IMG/VR virus record: IMGVR_UViG_3300027788_000004
Location: 1 to 64,000 of that record
Direction: 5' to 3' (one strand)
Length of the DNA: 64,000 bases
Origin: a virus
The notes under the pieces were generated by a model, which was not told the DNA's origin, did not search any database, and saw only the letters and a list, made by a program, of their open reading frames with translations. Below are positions 27,102-37,724 of the stretch, piece by piece (the first letter of the stretch is position 1; every line of letters starts with the position of its first letter). Both the position numbers and the translations under genes were made by a program.

Positions 27102-29144
27102 ATGGCTACTTCATACCTTCAGCCCTTAAAAGTACAGGGTGGAACATTTTATACATTTGCATCCGCAGCTAAGGACATATCTAAAACCTTTACTGATGAT
27201 AACGCTAGGTTTGTATTTTCTAAATACGCTTTACTAGAATTACCATCAGTACAAACTCCTAGTCTAGGAAACAATACTATTATATGGCAAGCATTAGATT
27301 CTCTAAGTGGAACTTCTAGTTCTGGTAGTGTAGTAGCTAATGGTTTTAACGCAGTTGATAATAATTTTAATTTTGCTCAAGCATTTCAATCATATGCATT
27401 AAATTTTGAACAACTTGTTTTAGCAAGTCAAAATAATTTAATACAAGCATACGATGAAACTATATTCTCTACTACTGCTGAGAGAATATGGTGGCATTTC
27501 TTAAAAAATATAAACGCTATACGTTGGGAAGATGCAAATACAACAAGCCAAGCTAATACAACTGGTAGATATACTGAAGAATCTCCTGCCGGAAGTACGT
27601 ATAGCTATACTCCAGTAACAAAATACTTAGGAGATATAGAAATAATAAATAGTATAAGTAAAGGTGGCCAGTCATATTCTGAAATTTATATTCACGTTCC
27701 TACTAGTCATGGAGGAACTCCGTTAGTTTTATTCAAAACGTTAGAAGACGATAATTATAAACCAGGAATGTTTTGGAATGGCGATGGTACTGGTCAAATT
27801 TTTGGAAGAGCTCCTGGTATTAGCCCATTTGGATTAAATAACAATGCCTTTTACGATAATGGTACTAATGATACCTATATTCTAGGCGCAACCTTTGGTA
27901 ATTCTGCTAATAGTAATGTAACATCTTATATACAATCAACTCCATATATAAGTAGAATATCACACATGGATGGTGTTGCTTTAGATTTTGATGCTTCAAA
28001 TTATTATCCTATTACTAAAGATCCTGAATTAAATACAATCGGAGATTTTAATGCTTCTGCTGTAAGTTCTGATTTCAAATTTAATGCATGTCTTGTTTAT
28101 TATGATACTTATGATGTGTCAAATCCTCAAAACTTTGCAAGAAATCTATATGGAGTTTTAATACTAGATGATTATGAAAATGGACCTTCTATATCTACAC
28201 TAAAAGGCTTTAATAAATTTAAGCCTAATGCTATAACAAAACTTAATGGTAATTCATATGGTCTTAAACTAAATCTTAAATTCGATACTTCGTCTGATAA
28301 TGTTGGAGTTGAAACTGTTATTAGAGAAGATTTAACATTCGGTATGGATTTATTTGCAGATGCATCAGTTAGATTGCAAGAATCTGCAGACATGTTTATA
28401 GATCAAAAATTAGAAAATATAAAATTAGAAAATAGAGTAACTTCTTTAGAGCAATACTATTTTCAACAATCAGACTTAATTGTATTAGAACAACAGATTG
28501 CAAGTTTACAAACTACTGTTAGTAATACACAAACTAGTTATGCTGGAGAAACTACCTTATTAGATTTAATAAGATTAAATTCTTCTGATATCAACGATAT
28601 TCTAACAGGTAAAGTCAATGTTAATTTAACATACAATACTGATATAGTACAACCAGGTCCTGGAATAATTATAGATCAATCAGTACCTAATCAAATTACG
28701 GTTGAAAATAAAGTTGAAAATTATTATTCATTTAGTGTTTGTGGAAATACTTCAGGATATTTGAATTATGGAATAAATAACGGTATGACTGCTGGAGCTA
28801 CTGGAAACGGTAATAAATTAATCCTTGGAGAATTTACAAATTACTTTAAGAATGTAGGAGCAACTGCACCAGTTTTTTTAGATGATCTTGTGATTAATAT
28901 AGATGATTCTCAATGTACTTGGAGTAAAGGACAAACTATGCGAATTGTATTTAATGATATAATTAACATAGGAACTTGGAAAATAAATATAAAGACTGAT
29001 TCTACTAATCAAATGTCTAGCGGAAACTACGGAGTTTTAGTAGGTAGCTTAAACATTGCGGATCTAGTCACAACAAAACCGATCATAGAAATTATATGCA
29101 CTAATGAGACAAATTACTCATTTAATGTAGATGTTATTAAATAA
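27102..29144 (+). CDS. Putative virion structural protein
   Basis: 680 aa, N/S/T-rich, internal coiled coil, in the structural operon. Confidence 0.55.
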   Translation: MATSYLQPLKVQGGTFYTFASAAKDISKTFTDDNARFVFSKYALLELPSVQTPSLGNNTIIWQALDSLSGTSSSGSVVANGFNAVDNNFNFAQAFQSYALNFEQLVLASQNNLIQAYDETIFSTTAERIWWHFLKNINAIRWEDANTTSQANTTGRYTEESPAGSTYSYTPVTKYLGDIEIINSISKGGQSYSEIYIHVPTSHGGTPLVLFKTLEDDNYKPGMFWNGDGTGQIFGRAPGISPFGLNNNAFYDNGTNDTYILGATFGNSANSNVTSYIQSTPYISRISHMDGVALDFDASNYYPITKDPELNTIGDFNASAVSSDFKFNACLVYYDTYDVSNPQNFARNLYGVLILDDYENGPSISTLKGFNKFKPNAITKLNGNSYGLKLNLKFDTSSDNVGVETVIREDLTFGMDLFADASVRLQESADMFIDQKLENIKLENRVTSLEQYYFQQSDLIVLEQQIASLQTTVSNTQTSYAGETTLLDLIRLNSSDINDILTGKVNVNLTYNTDIVQPGPGIIIDQSVPNQITVENKVENYYSFSVCGNTSGYLNYGINNGMTAGATGNGNKLILGEFTNYFKNVGATAPVFLDDLVINIDDSQCTWSKGQTMRIVFNDIINIGTWKINIKTDSTNQMSSGNYGVLVGSLNIADLVTTKPIIEIICTNETNYSFNVDVIK

Positions 29145-29157
29145 AAAATAGAATAGA

Positions 29158-32100
29158 ATGGCCAATTCAAATATAGATTATACAACACAGTATTCATTAT
29201 CATCATTATTAGATAACCTCTTGAGAGTTAATCAAAACTCTTTAGAGATTATGAATAAGTTGTCTAACATTACAACTACAGACTCAGATGTGGTTGAGAT
29301 CGATGTAATAGATTCAAATAATCAAATCAGTAAAGTATTCGTTCCTAGTTATGGTCAGATTAAAGCTGATATTAATAGACTAAACGAAAATGTTAAACAA
29401 TTATCAGGTATTGGAGATGCTAATGCAAATGTTCAATTAGAAGATGGTTCATTTAGAAAATTAATGTTAGCTAATTTACAGCTAGAAGGAAAAACTATTA
29501 AAAACATTGCAGCACCTACAACGTTTGAAACTAAAACGAACTGGTTTTTTGAACAATTTCTTAATCCATTATTATACATTTCATTTGATTTTACTGGACA
29601 GATCCCTTCACAAACAGAACGATGTAAAGTACAGAGATTTATATTAAATTTATCTACAACTGCACAAGCAAATGTTTGGAAGAATTTAATAAATGGAAAG
29701 TCTAATTTAGGTTATGTAGATTTTTTCCAATTATTGCTCCAGCATAATATAACATATTTTCTAGATGAAGATATTATCGATACTCCTCCAAGAGATCTAA
29801 GATTTTCTGGAGACTTTACTGTACTCCAGGTATTTGATGATGCTGTTACTGAAATAATTGATGGAGCTGCATTTACTAAAAGACTTTTTAAGATACAATT
29901 AAATACTCTTAATTATAATGATTCAACTTCAGAATATAAGAAAACTCAGCAACTTAAATTAGGAGATTCTTTTATTATAGTTAACGAAGGTAAAGATTCT
30001 ACAACTAGATATCAGATAACTAATATAGATACTGATGGTGGAAACATCGTGCAAATTAAATTGATTGAAGGACATGATCTTTTAGCAATAGGAACAAAAT
30101 TAGAATACTATAACACTCAAAGCATAGCTACAACATTAGATGTAAATGTAGGATTTAATGAATATACCGTAGTTTTTGTTAAACCGATTAATCCTCAATC
30201 TAAAATACCTGCGATCGATTGGTCACCGGGAGTTGCATTTTATACTAACTCTTTACAAATTACCGATGCAGCAGGAAGAGTTGTATCTTTAGAAGAATAC
30301 TATAAAGAAAAGGTTGTAGACTTTGGAACTTATTTATATAATATGGCTAAGGATGGAATTCCACCGGCTACATTAGGAGAAACTCCAAACACACCAACAG
30401 TTGCTGATACAGATTTTGTAGTATCACAAATAAATAATCACATTACTGATGTTTCTAGAATTGAAAAAATAAAGGCATTACAAAGTGAAAAAACTAGTAT
30501 TCAATCTAAATTAGATTCTCTTAATAATTCTATCAAGACCAAGAGAGCTGATATGAATACTAAAAGATATACATCACAATCTCAACGAGATACTGATCAA
30601 TCAGAATTAAATGAATTGATAAACAATAGTTCTTCTAATTCTGTGTTATTAAAATCTTCGGTTGATGAAATAATTGCATTAGCAGATTCTGATAATTTAG
30701 AAGGAATTACACCTAAGTTTAGAGTTAAAGGATTCTGGCCAGTTCCAGAACCTATGCCATCGTTAAGAACTGCACCACAAGAAGTTGTGCAATTTGTAAT
30801 ACAATACAGATATGTAACTAAAGATGGTGGTGCGAATCAACCAGAACAAATAACATTTAAGGATAATAATGGAACTGAGAGAAGAGGAACCTTCTCTGCT
30901 TGGACTGAATTGCAAACACCGGTAAGGAAACGTACAAAGGATGATGTTACTGGACAGTATACTTGGGTTATTGAAGATGTTGAAAACGCAGATTCTGTTA
31001 ATATCAATCAATTAGATATAGCTATTAAACAAGGTGAAGGAGTTGAGATTAAAATAAAATCTCTTTCTGAAGCAGGATGGCCTAGTAATCCTACGGAATC
31101 TCCATTTAGTGATATAGTTAGAGTAAATTTTCCAGATGAATTAGTATCATCAAATGAAGTTAGTAAAATAGTTGAACAAGCAAGATTATCGTCAGAAGCA
31201 TTAGAAATTACAACGGCATTAGCAGATACCGGTATTACTCAACATATATCAGAACAGTTTACACAAAACGAAACTTTTTATGCACACACAGCTAATGGAA
31301 TTGCATCAGGATTCTTAACCGATGAACAAAACGTAGTTAATCTATTCGAAAAATTATCTAGTTTTGATATTCGAATTACTCAAATAGAGGAAGCATTGAC
31401 TGGAGAGAAAGGAAAACTAGCAGTAACTATTATAGATCCAGGTGGACGTAACTTTGGAGTTAGGAATAATACATTAGTTAAATTATTTGGTGGAAATTAT
31501 ATAGATCTAGTAAAGGATTTAACTGTTAAAAAAGGCGTTATTGTTAGTAAAACTTATTTATTACAGTTATCAAATGCAAATGCTACTCCTTTAGAATTAT
31601 ATTCTAGAGAATTTGGAAATTACACTAAGGTTGTTAATGCGAGTTATGTATCAGGTACTGGATTTGATTCTAGTGAAATAGATTACAATACTTCTAGGAA
31701 ATATGATTCTGTTCCACTAGGACCTAGTAATTTATCGCCAAATGATATTGCAACATACGATCAATTTATAGATTTACCATATCAATCCGGACAAGTAAAA
31801 GGACAATATATAAACCCACGATACTCGAGCGTAGATGGAACCGTTAATTTATATGAAAATGTTAACTCAACTACTGGTGTTCCAGAAGCTACATTACCAA
31901 TAGATGCTATAAATTTGTTTCCTGATCCTACATTGCTTGTATCATTAACAGATTATACTAATCATGAATATAATCTTTCAGCTGCATATCCTTTACCTGG
32001 TGCTGGTACAGTTGCTGGAGAATTTATTTGGTCTGGGGATACAGTTACCGGTACACCACAAACAGTTTCTACCGCATCGATTGCTAACTGGAATAATGGA

Positions 32101-32841
32101 ATATATGTACACGTAGATCATCCATCAATATCAGCTTGGGGAGATGTTACCGCTACACCTATTATAGGCCCTCAAGGAATTGGAGCTGCCGGTCCAACAG
32201 GTGTTAGAAACTCAGGATTTGCTCCATTAATTTCTACCGATATTACTAGTGGTAGTCAAAAACAAGCAGCTTATTGGTACTATCCTCTAACAGCAACTCT
32301 ACCAACTGCGGAGTCAGGTCACGTAAGTAAAATGTCTTTTGAGGTATATGACCAGTATTTATTAGGTCCTAATTCATGTGGATCATATTTATTCGTTTCT
32401 CCTAGAAATAACACTGGTGCAATTAATGTAGATGGTGCAAATCAATTATCTACCAGTACATTAAATTTCGGAACAAAATACGCCGATAATATACCATTGA
32501 TTTTCCAATACAGAATGACCGATTATTTTGGTGCAACTTCAAGTGGTTTAGGTAATGTTGGTGGAGATATTAGTGGAACAACTAATCAATTAGAATATAC
32601 GAAAAGAATTGGCCTTGATATTTATTCAAACATCGACGAGAGATTCTCGTTTGATATTGAAATAACCGCTCGATACAGATCAGCATCATTACAGTTCGAA
32701 GAGGTACCTACTACTAGCCTATCAGCGGTAGTTGATGATTTAACTAGAACGGTGAGAATTCTAAATCCTCAAGTTTCTGGTATTCGTCAAGAAAATGCAG
32801 ACGGTTCACGAGGTAGTAACTTGTTAGGATCTATACAATAA
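29158..32841 (+). CDS. Putative virion structural protein (coiled-coil and Ig/FN3-like segments)
   Basis: 1227 aa with heptad-rich segments and VVQFVIQYRY...FSAWTEL beta motifs. Confidence 0.55.
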   Translation: MANSNIDYTTQYSLSSLLDNLLRVNQNSLEIMNKLSNITTTDSDVVEIDVIDSNNQISKVFVPSYGQIKADINRLNENVKQLSGIGDANANVQLEDGSFRKLMLANLQLEGKTIKNIAAPTTFETKTNWFFEQFLNPLLYISFDFTGQIPSQTERCKVQRFILNLSTTAQANVWKNLINGKSNLGYVDFFQLLLQHNITYFLDEDIIDTPPRDLRFSGDFTVLQVFDDAVTEIIDGAAFTKRLFKIQLNTLNYNDSTSEYKKTQQLKLGDSFIIVNEGKDSTTRYQITNIDTDGGNIVQIKLIEGHDLLAIGTKLEYYNTQSIATTLDVNVGFNEYTVVFVKPINPQSKIPAIDWSPGVAFYTNSLQITDAAGRVVSLEEYYKEKVVDFGTYLYNMAKDGIPPATLGETPNTPTVADTDFVVSQINNHITDVSRIEKIKALQSEKTSIQSKLDSLNNSIKTKRADMNTKRYTSQSQRDTDQSELNELINNSSSNSVLLKSSVDEIIALADSDNLEGITPKFRVKGFWPVPEPMPSLRTAPQEVVQFVIQYRYVTKDGGANQPEQITFKDNNGTERRGTFSAWTELQTPVRKRTKDDVTGQYTWVIEDVENADSVNINQLDIAIKQGEGVEIKIKSLSEAGWPSNPTESPFSDIVRVNFPDELVSSNEVSKIVEQARLSSEALEITTALADTGITQHISEQFTQNETFYAHTANGIASGFLTDEQNVVNLFEKLSSFDIRITQIEEALTGEKGKLAVTIIDPGGRNFGVRNNTLVKLFGGNYIDLVKDLTVKKGVIVSKTYLLQLSNANATPLELYSREFGNYTKVVNASYVSGTGFDSSEIDYNTSRKYDSVPLGPSNLSPNDIATYDQFIDLPYQSGQVKGQYINPRYSSVDGTVNLYENVNSTTGVPEATLPIDAINLFPDPTLLVSLTDYTNHEYNLSAAYPLPGAGTVAGEFIWSGDTVTGTPQTVSTASIANWNNGIYVHVDHPSISAWGDVTATPIIGPQGIGAAGPTGVRNSGFAPLISTDITSGSQKQAAYWYYPLTATLPTAESGHVSKMSFEVYDQYLLGPNSCGSYLFVSPRNNTGAINVDGANQLSTSTLNFGTKYADNIPLIFQYRMTDYFGATSSGLGNVGGDISGTTNQLEYTKRIGLDIYSNIDERFSFDIEITARYRSASLQFEEVPTTSLSAVVDDLTRTVRILNPQVSGIRQENADGSRGSNLLGSIQ

Positions 32842-32855
32842 TGGATAAATAAATT

Positions 32856-35800
32856 ATGACGAAAGAAATACTCCAAAAATCATCATTCGGTCTTTTAAGA
32901 ACCAATCCTAAATTATCATCTAATGTAAAAATTTTAGTAGATAGCGAAGATTCTGTGTTTTTAGAATCCTTTAGCGCAAATGATGAATTATCAAAATCTA
33001 AATATAAACGATTTACCGTTTCTTCTAAGGGAGATTATTATTTCGATTTGTATAGATTCTATAACCAACGAGTTCCAACTCAATTAACGGATATATTCGA
33101 GGTTGCAACTAAAGATAGAAGCATATCTATTAAGAATGAATTTGGTTTGCAATATGATGATTTTTATCAGTATGGCGCACAACCAAAAAATTCTAAATTA
33201 TATACTGAGGAATTTTCTTTATTTGCACCTATGTGGATAGAGCCTTCTAACATACCAGATTATTTTGTTATATTTAGAACAGAAGATCCAGTATCAGTAA
33301 ATACAAAAAACTTAACAGATCAAGCAGATCCTACTACAATAAATTTAGTTTCAAATCCTAAATATCTTACAGATAATATATTAGAAAAGAGTCAGATTGT
33401 TACATCGTATGATTTAACATCAAGATCTAATATAGGAAGATATATTAGAAATCATGCAGGATCTGTCTTATTTCCAGAATCTGCATTATTGATGAGTTAC
33501 GACCATAATAGATATGCAGAATATAATGGAATTGGCATTGGTGCACCAGGTTTTACGAGCAAATCTAGATCTTTATTTCATGATACTTGGCCAAGAGACA
33601 AAACGATTATAGAATACGAAAGTATAGTAACCAATGGTTTTTCTGAGCTTGGCGTTGTTTCTGCAAATATCCTTAATTTAGAATTTCTATTTGATGATAA
33701 ACTAAAATCTACTAAATATGAATTTTATAGATATTTTGGTTTATTTGTTAATGCAGCAGAATATAATAAATTTTATATAGATGGAAGTTCCTTGTTTAGT
33801 GATAGATTTATTCAAAGTAACCAGATTCCTATACCTACACAAAATGATATAGGATATAATACAAACGTAAACGATCAAATACAAACTAACACAGATGGTA
33901 TAGTATTATATGCAGAACAACCTCCAATATCTGCAGTTGGTGCTTCATTTTTCCTTAACGAAATTGTTAAAGATATGCCTAGAATAGGATATGTTAAAGA
34001 TGTAGCGAATAAATTTCATAAGATTAAAAATAATTCAGCGTTTAATTATGGTACATTAAGGTTAGATGATACTTCAATAAATTGGAAAGATTTTGCAGGA
34101 TATTCTACTCCGGATAATTATATAGATGCCGAGTTTAATCTAAATGTAAAAGGACGACCGAGTTGTGTAATAGATTTTCAAAGTGTTCCTCTTAACGATG
34201 ATGAATTTCGATTATTATTCACAGATACTACTGAGGTTGGTGTAAACTTAAATATATTAGATGCATTTACGATTACCGCGTCTAATACATTACCAGCAAC
34301 CACATCCGTATCTAATTTATATAGTAGTCTAGGATCTACTGCAAATATAGCAGAAGCTTTTGCAAATTGTGTGAATACCAGACACGAGTATTATCCTGAT
34401 TTTGTTTCAATACGAGCTGTAAGTATAGGCTCTCGGGTATGTATATTTTCTAGTATCCCAAGCGCATCATGGAATAAAATTAAAATTTCTTCATATTCAA
34501 GTGCTGTGATAGAATCTCAAATTGCTATAAAATTTATAACAGGATCAACTGGATATAATCAAACAACATATCAAAGTAGTCCGCAACCTTATACACAAGT
34601 ATTTGGGTTTATTGCTCATGGTAATTTTGTTGGAGGTAATGATAACCCTAAGGCAAAGGTAAAAATATCTGCAGACGATACATCATTAGTAAATAATTCT
34701 AATTATGTTACGACTGATACTGGAAATTCTATCGTTAATACTATAGTTCCTTATATGGATGAGCCTTTATTAAATGTTCGTGGTGAAATAATAGGATTCA
34801 ATGATTTTGATAAGTATTATACAGTTAATATATTAGATACATCTAACGACATTATTTTAACATCTTCTAAACAATTACCTATACTTTCTTTAGGATCTAA
34901 TGAATGTGGATTATTTTCAATATATCAATTTAAGGATTTTGATTATGATTTCTATTCTACTCAATATATGAAAACTGCAGATGCTGATCGAGAAAAACTA
35001 GATGCTTGGTATTTAGGTGCTACTGGGCCCGGTGGATACACATCATCATTTTCTATAGGTGCTACTGGAGTTTCTGGAGCTACATTTTGGATCAATCCTA
35101 TAATAGGACCATCATCTTCTTTTGCAGAAAATGGAGGATACTTTGGTCTTATGGGTATACCTGATATTTTTACAGATACGGATAGTGTTATTACTAATGA
35201 ATATGATCGATTAAAAGAAAATTTTGTTAAACAATTAGTGTTACCTTCTAGAGTTTCTCCTTTTATTAGTAAATGGGTATATGATGATGATAGCTTAGAT
35301 GTTCGACAAAATCCATATAGATTAAATTCTTCATCTGCATTTAGATATCCTAACTTCGGACCTTCATTCAGAGAATTTAGTTCTAACGCAAAGTTTTATA
35401 CACACGAATGGTTATATTTACAAAAGTATCCACCATACATGACATTCAACGAGAAAATTAACTCGTTTTCTTATTTTAACGAGCCGATAAACGTCGGCAC
35501 AACATACACAACAGGTACAGGATCAACCGCATTTGGATTAGCAACAGTAGATGGACCAACTGGAGTAGATTTAGATTATTTTAGAGAATACTTTACTAGA
35601 GAAACTATTGGAGGAACTTCAGTATCTACTCAAACTAAATATAGCACTTTTGCATATGGACAAGAGAATAGATTTTCGGAAACATTATTTAGAGGTGTAA
35701 AGGCTGTAGTTAAGCCTAAAGTTGATTATAGCGATGTAAACTATAATATAAGAGAACTTAAATTCCAGAAGAGTACTAAATATAATGACTATAAATTTGC

Positions 35801-37715
35801 TGCGATACTTTCAATTAGTGAGACAGGATTACTTTACAAAGTCATAGAAAATGAGAAATATAAAACGATTACGTTATTAGTTCAAGCAGGTTTAATGGAT
35901 AATTTATTTACTAAGCTTGGAATTGCACCATCTGGGTCTACTGCCCCATCTGATCATTTTATAGATAGAACTTTATTATACACGTTGAAGGATAAATTAG
36001 TTCCGTTAAATGGTACTCCATTGCCTGGTGCTACTGGATATCAACCAGATAATTTTGATCTAAGTGGAGCTATAAGTCATTGGGAATTAAACCCGAACGG
36101 TAGCTTTCGAGTATTAGGAACTCAAAATGCGGTAAATTTATCTTATGTTAATTTTGTATTAGAAATGCAAACTAATTCTGATGGTAGTTATAATGATCTA
36201 TATATTGATGTTAATCAATTAATACCTGGTAAGACGTGGGTATTCGGTGGTATTTCTAATGTTTCCCAAAACTCATTTGATTGCCAAACTATTGTAGAAT
36301 ATAATACACCATACGTTCCACCAGGTACTCCATCAGCGTTTCAACCACCGTTTTCTAATGCTTTCTACCTATCAGGTCCTGCTGGAAATCCTGTCGTATT
36401 TGGTCCTGGTGGTATATGGGATTCACAACCAGTATACTTTGGAGGTGGTTTTTCTGGATATGAAGGAATTATTAAAGATTTAGCTTTTGCACAACTAGCT
36501 AGCGAATTTAATAAAGGAAATCCTGATATAGATTATATTACATATAAAACGGATGGTACTGTAGTTAAAAACGATAAAGTTTTAGAATTATCATTACCAT
36601 TTGAAAGCTATAAGGCTAATTATATACAACCTGGTGAAGATACCGATATACCACAAGAATTAACATTTTTAACTAGCTCCGAAGTTGTTGGATATCAAAT
36701 AGATGCTATGGAAAGAGCTGAGTTAAACATTTTATCTAGATACAATGGAAGATATCAACCTAAATTTACAGATGTGTTTTATTACAAAGATTATTATGGG
36801 TCAAAGGATGGTGTCAGAGGAACTAGGTACTATGGGTTTCCAAAATATCATAATTTAGAATTTAATTTAGATGAACCTAATTTTGGTAAAATATCAGGTT
36901 TGTTTTATAACAAAGTGAATCCTGAAAATCCAGAAGGTATATTAAAATTGAGTACAGAGAGTAGTAATCCTAGTCTATATCCAAAGATTGATGAAGTAGC
37001 CATAAACAAAAGAAACTTATATTCCTTTATGAGTAATTGGGATATTGATTATTATATACAAAATATAGATCGAAATTTAACGCAATCAGTACCTGGTTAT
37101 AAAGGATCAATTGAGAATAAAGCATTCTTTGGATCTAAGATTATGAATATACCAGATACAATAACATTAAATAATTTTGATATTGTAGAATTGAGCGATA
37201 TCGCTGGTGGATTAGTTAATGCAAGCAATGAGCCAGAGAGTGTGGTGCAACAAATTATGGAAACTTCTCAACCTAGAATGATTGGTTCTTCAGCTGAGCC
37301 AATACCTAAATCATTGTTAATTTTAGATGTTTTTGTTACGAAATCTCTAACTAAATTTTTGAGATCAGATGGTTTCGATACAGAGTTTAACGCATATATA
37401 AACCCATCATTTAGTTTTGGTGAAGCTGGTTTAGACGATGATATTAATGCATATATAAATAATAACATATATTCTAGGTATAAAGTTAAAAAAATTATAT
37501 TCTATGAGAATCAATTTGCAAATAACGTAAATGAATTGCCTATAGTAGAGTTAGATCTTACAAATTTAGAATTATTAACAAAAGGTTATGCGATTAACGA
37601 GAATGTTAGTATCAAATTCAAATCTCAATCTCCATTAGATTTTAGATTGATATATAATATACCAAAACTAAATAATTACTCAATATCATTTATTGTTGAG
37701 TTAGAGAAAAAATAA
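32856..37715 (+). CDS. Large putative virion structural protein
   Basis: 1619 aa; preceded by GATAAATAA at 32844. Confidence 0.55.
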   Translation: MTKEILQKSSFGLLRTNPKLSSNVKILVDSEDSVFLESFSANDELSKSKYKRFTVSSKGDYYFDLYRFYNQRVPTQLTDIFEVATKDRSISIKNEFGLQYDDFYQYGAQPKNSKLYTEEFSLFAPMWIEPSNIPDYFVIFRTEDPVSVNTKNLTDQADPTTINLVSNPKYLTDNILEKSQIVTSYDLTSRSNIGRYIRNHAGSVLFPESALLMSYDHNRYAEYNGIGIGAPGFTSKSRSLFHDTWPRDKTIIEYESIVTNGFSELGVVSANILNLEFLFDDKLKSTKYEFYRYFGLFVNAAEYNKFYIDGSSLFSDRFIQSNQIPIPTQNDIGYNTNVNDQIQTNTDGIVLYAEQPPISAVGASFFLNEIVKDMPRIGYVKDVANKFHKIKNNSAFNYGTLRLDDTSINWKDFAGYSTPDNYIDAEFNLNVKGRPSCVIDFQSVPLNDDEFRLLFTDTTEVGVNLNILDAFTITASNTLPATTSVSNLYSSLGSTANIAEAFANCVNTRHEYYPDFVSIRAVSIGSRVCIFSSIPSASWNKIKISSYSSAVIESQIAIKFITGSTGYNQTTYQSSPQPYTQVFGFIAHGNFVGGNDNPKAKVKISADDTSLVNNSNYVTTDTGNSIVNTIVPYMDEPLLNVRGEIIGFNDFDKYYTVNILDTSNDIILTSSKQLPILSLGSNECGLFSIYQFKDFDYDFYSTQYMKTADADREKLDAWYLGATGPGGYTSSFSIGATGVSGATFWINPIIGPSSSFAENGGYFGLMGIPDIFTDTDSVITNEYDRLKENFVKQLVLPSRVSPFISKWVYDDDSLDVRQNPYRLNSSSAFRYPNFGPSFREFSSNAKFYTHEWLYLQKYPPYMTFNEKINSFSYFNEPINVGTTYTTGTGSTAFGLATVDGPTGVDLDYFREYFTRETIGGTSVSTQTKYSTFAYGQENRFSETLFRGVKAVVKPKVDYSDVNYNIRELKFQKSTKYNDYKFAAILSISETGLLYKVIENEKYKTITLLVQAGLMDNLFTKLGIAPSGSTAPSDHFIDRTLLYTLKDKLVPLNGTPLPGATGYQPDNFDLSGAISHWELNPNGSFRVLGTQNAVNLSYVNFVLEMQTNSDGSYNDLYIDVNQLIPGKTWVFGGISNVSQNSFDCQTIVEYNTPYVPPGTPSAFQPPFSNAFYLSGPAGNPVVFGPGGIWDSQPVYFGGGFSGYEGIIKDLAFAQLASEFNKGNPDIDYITYKTDGTVVKNDKVLELSLPFESYKANYIQPGEDTDIPQELTFLTSSEVVGYQIDAMERAELNILSRYNGRYQPKFTDVFYYKDYYGSKDGVRGTRYYGFPKYHNLEFNLDEPNFGKISGLFYNKVNPENPEGILKLSTESSNPSLYPKIDEVAINKRNLYSFMSNWDIDYYIQNIDRNLTQSVPGYKGSIENKAFFGSKIMNIPDTITLNNFDIVELSDIAGGLVNASNEPESVVQQIMETSQPRMIGSSAEPIPKSLLILDVFVTKSLTKFLRSDGFDTEFNAYINPSFSFGEAGLDDDINAYINNNIYSRYKVKKIIFYENQFANNVNELPIVELDLTNLELLTKGYAINENVSIKFKSQSPLDFRLIYNIPKLNNYSISFIVELEKK

Positions 37716-37724
37716 AAGTAAACG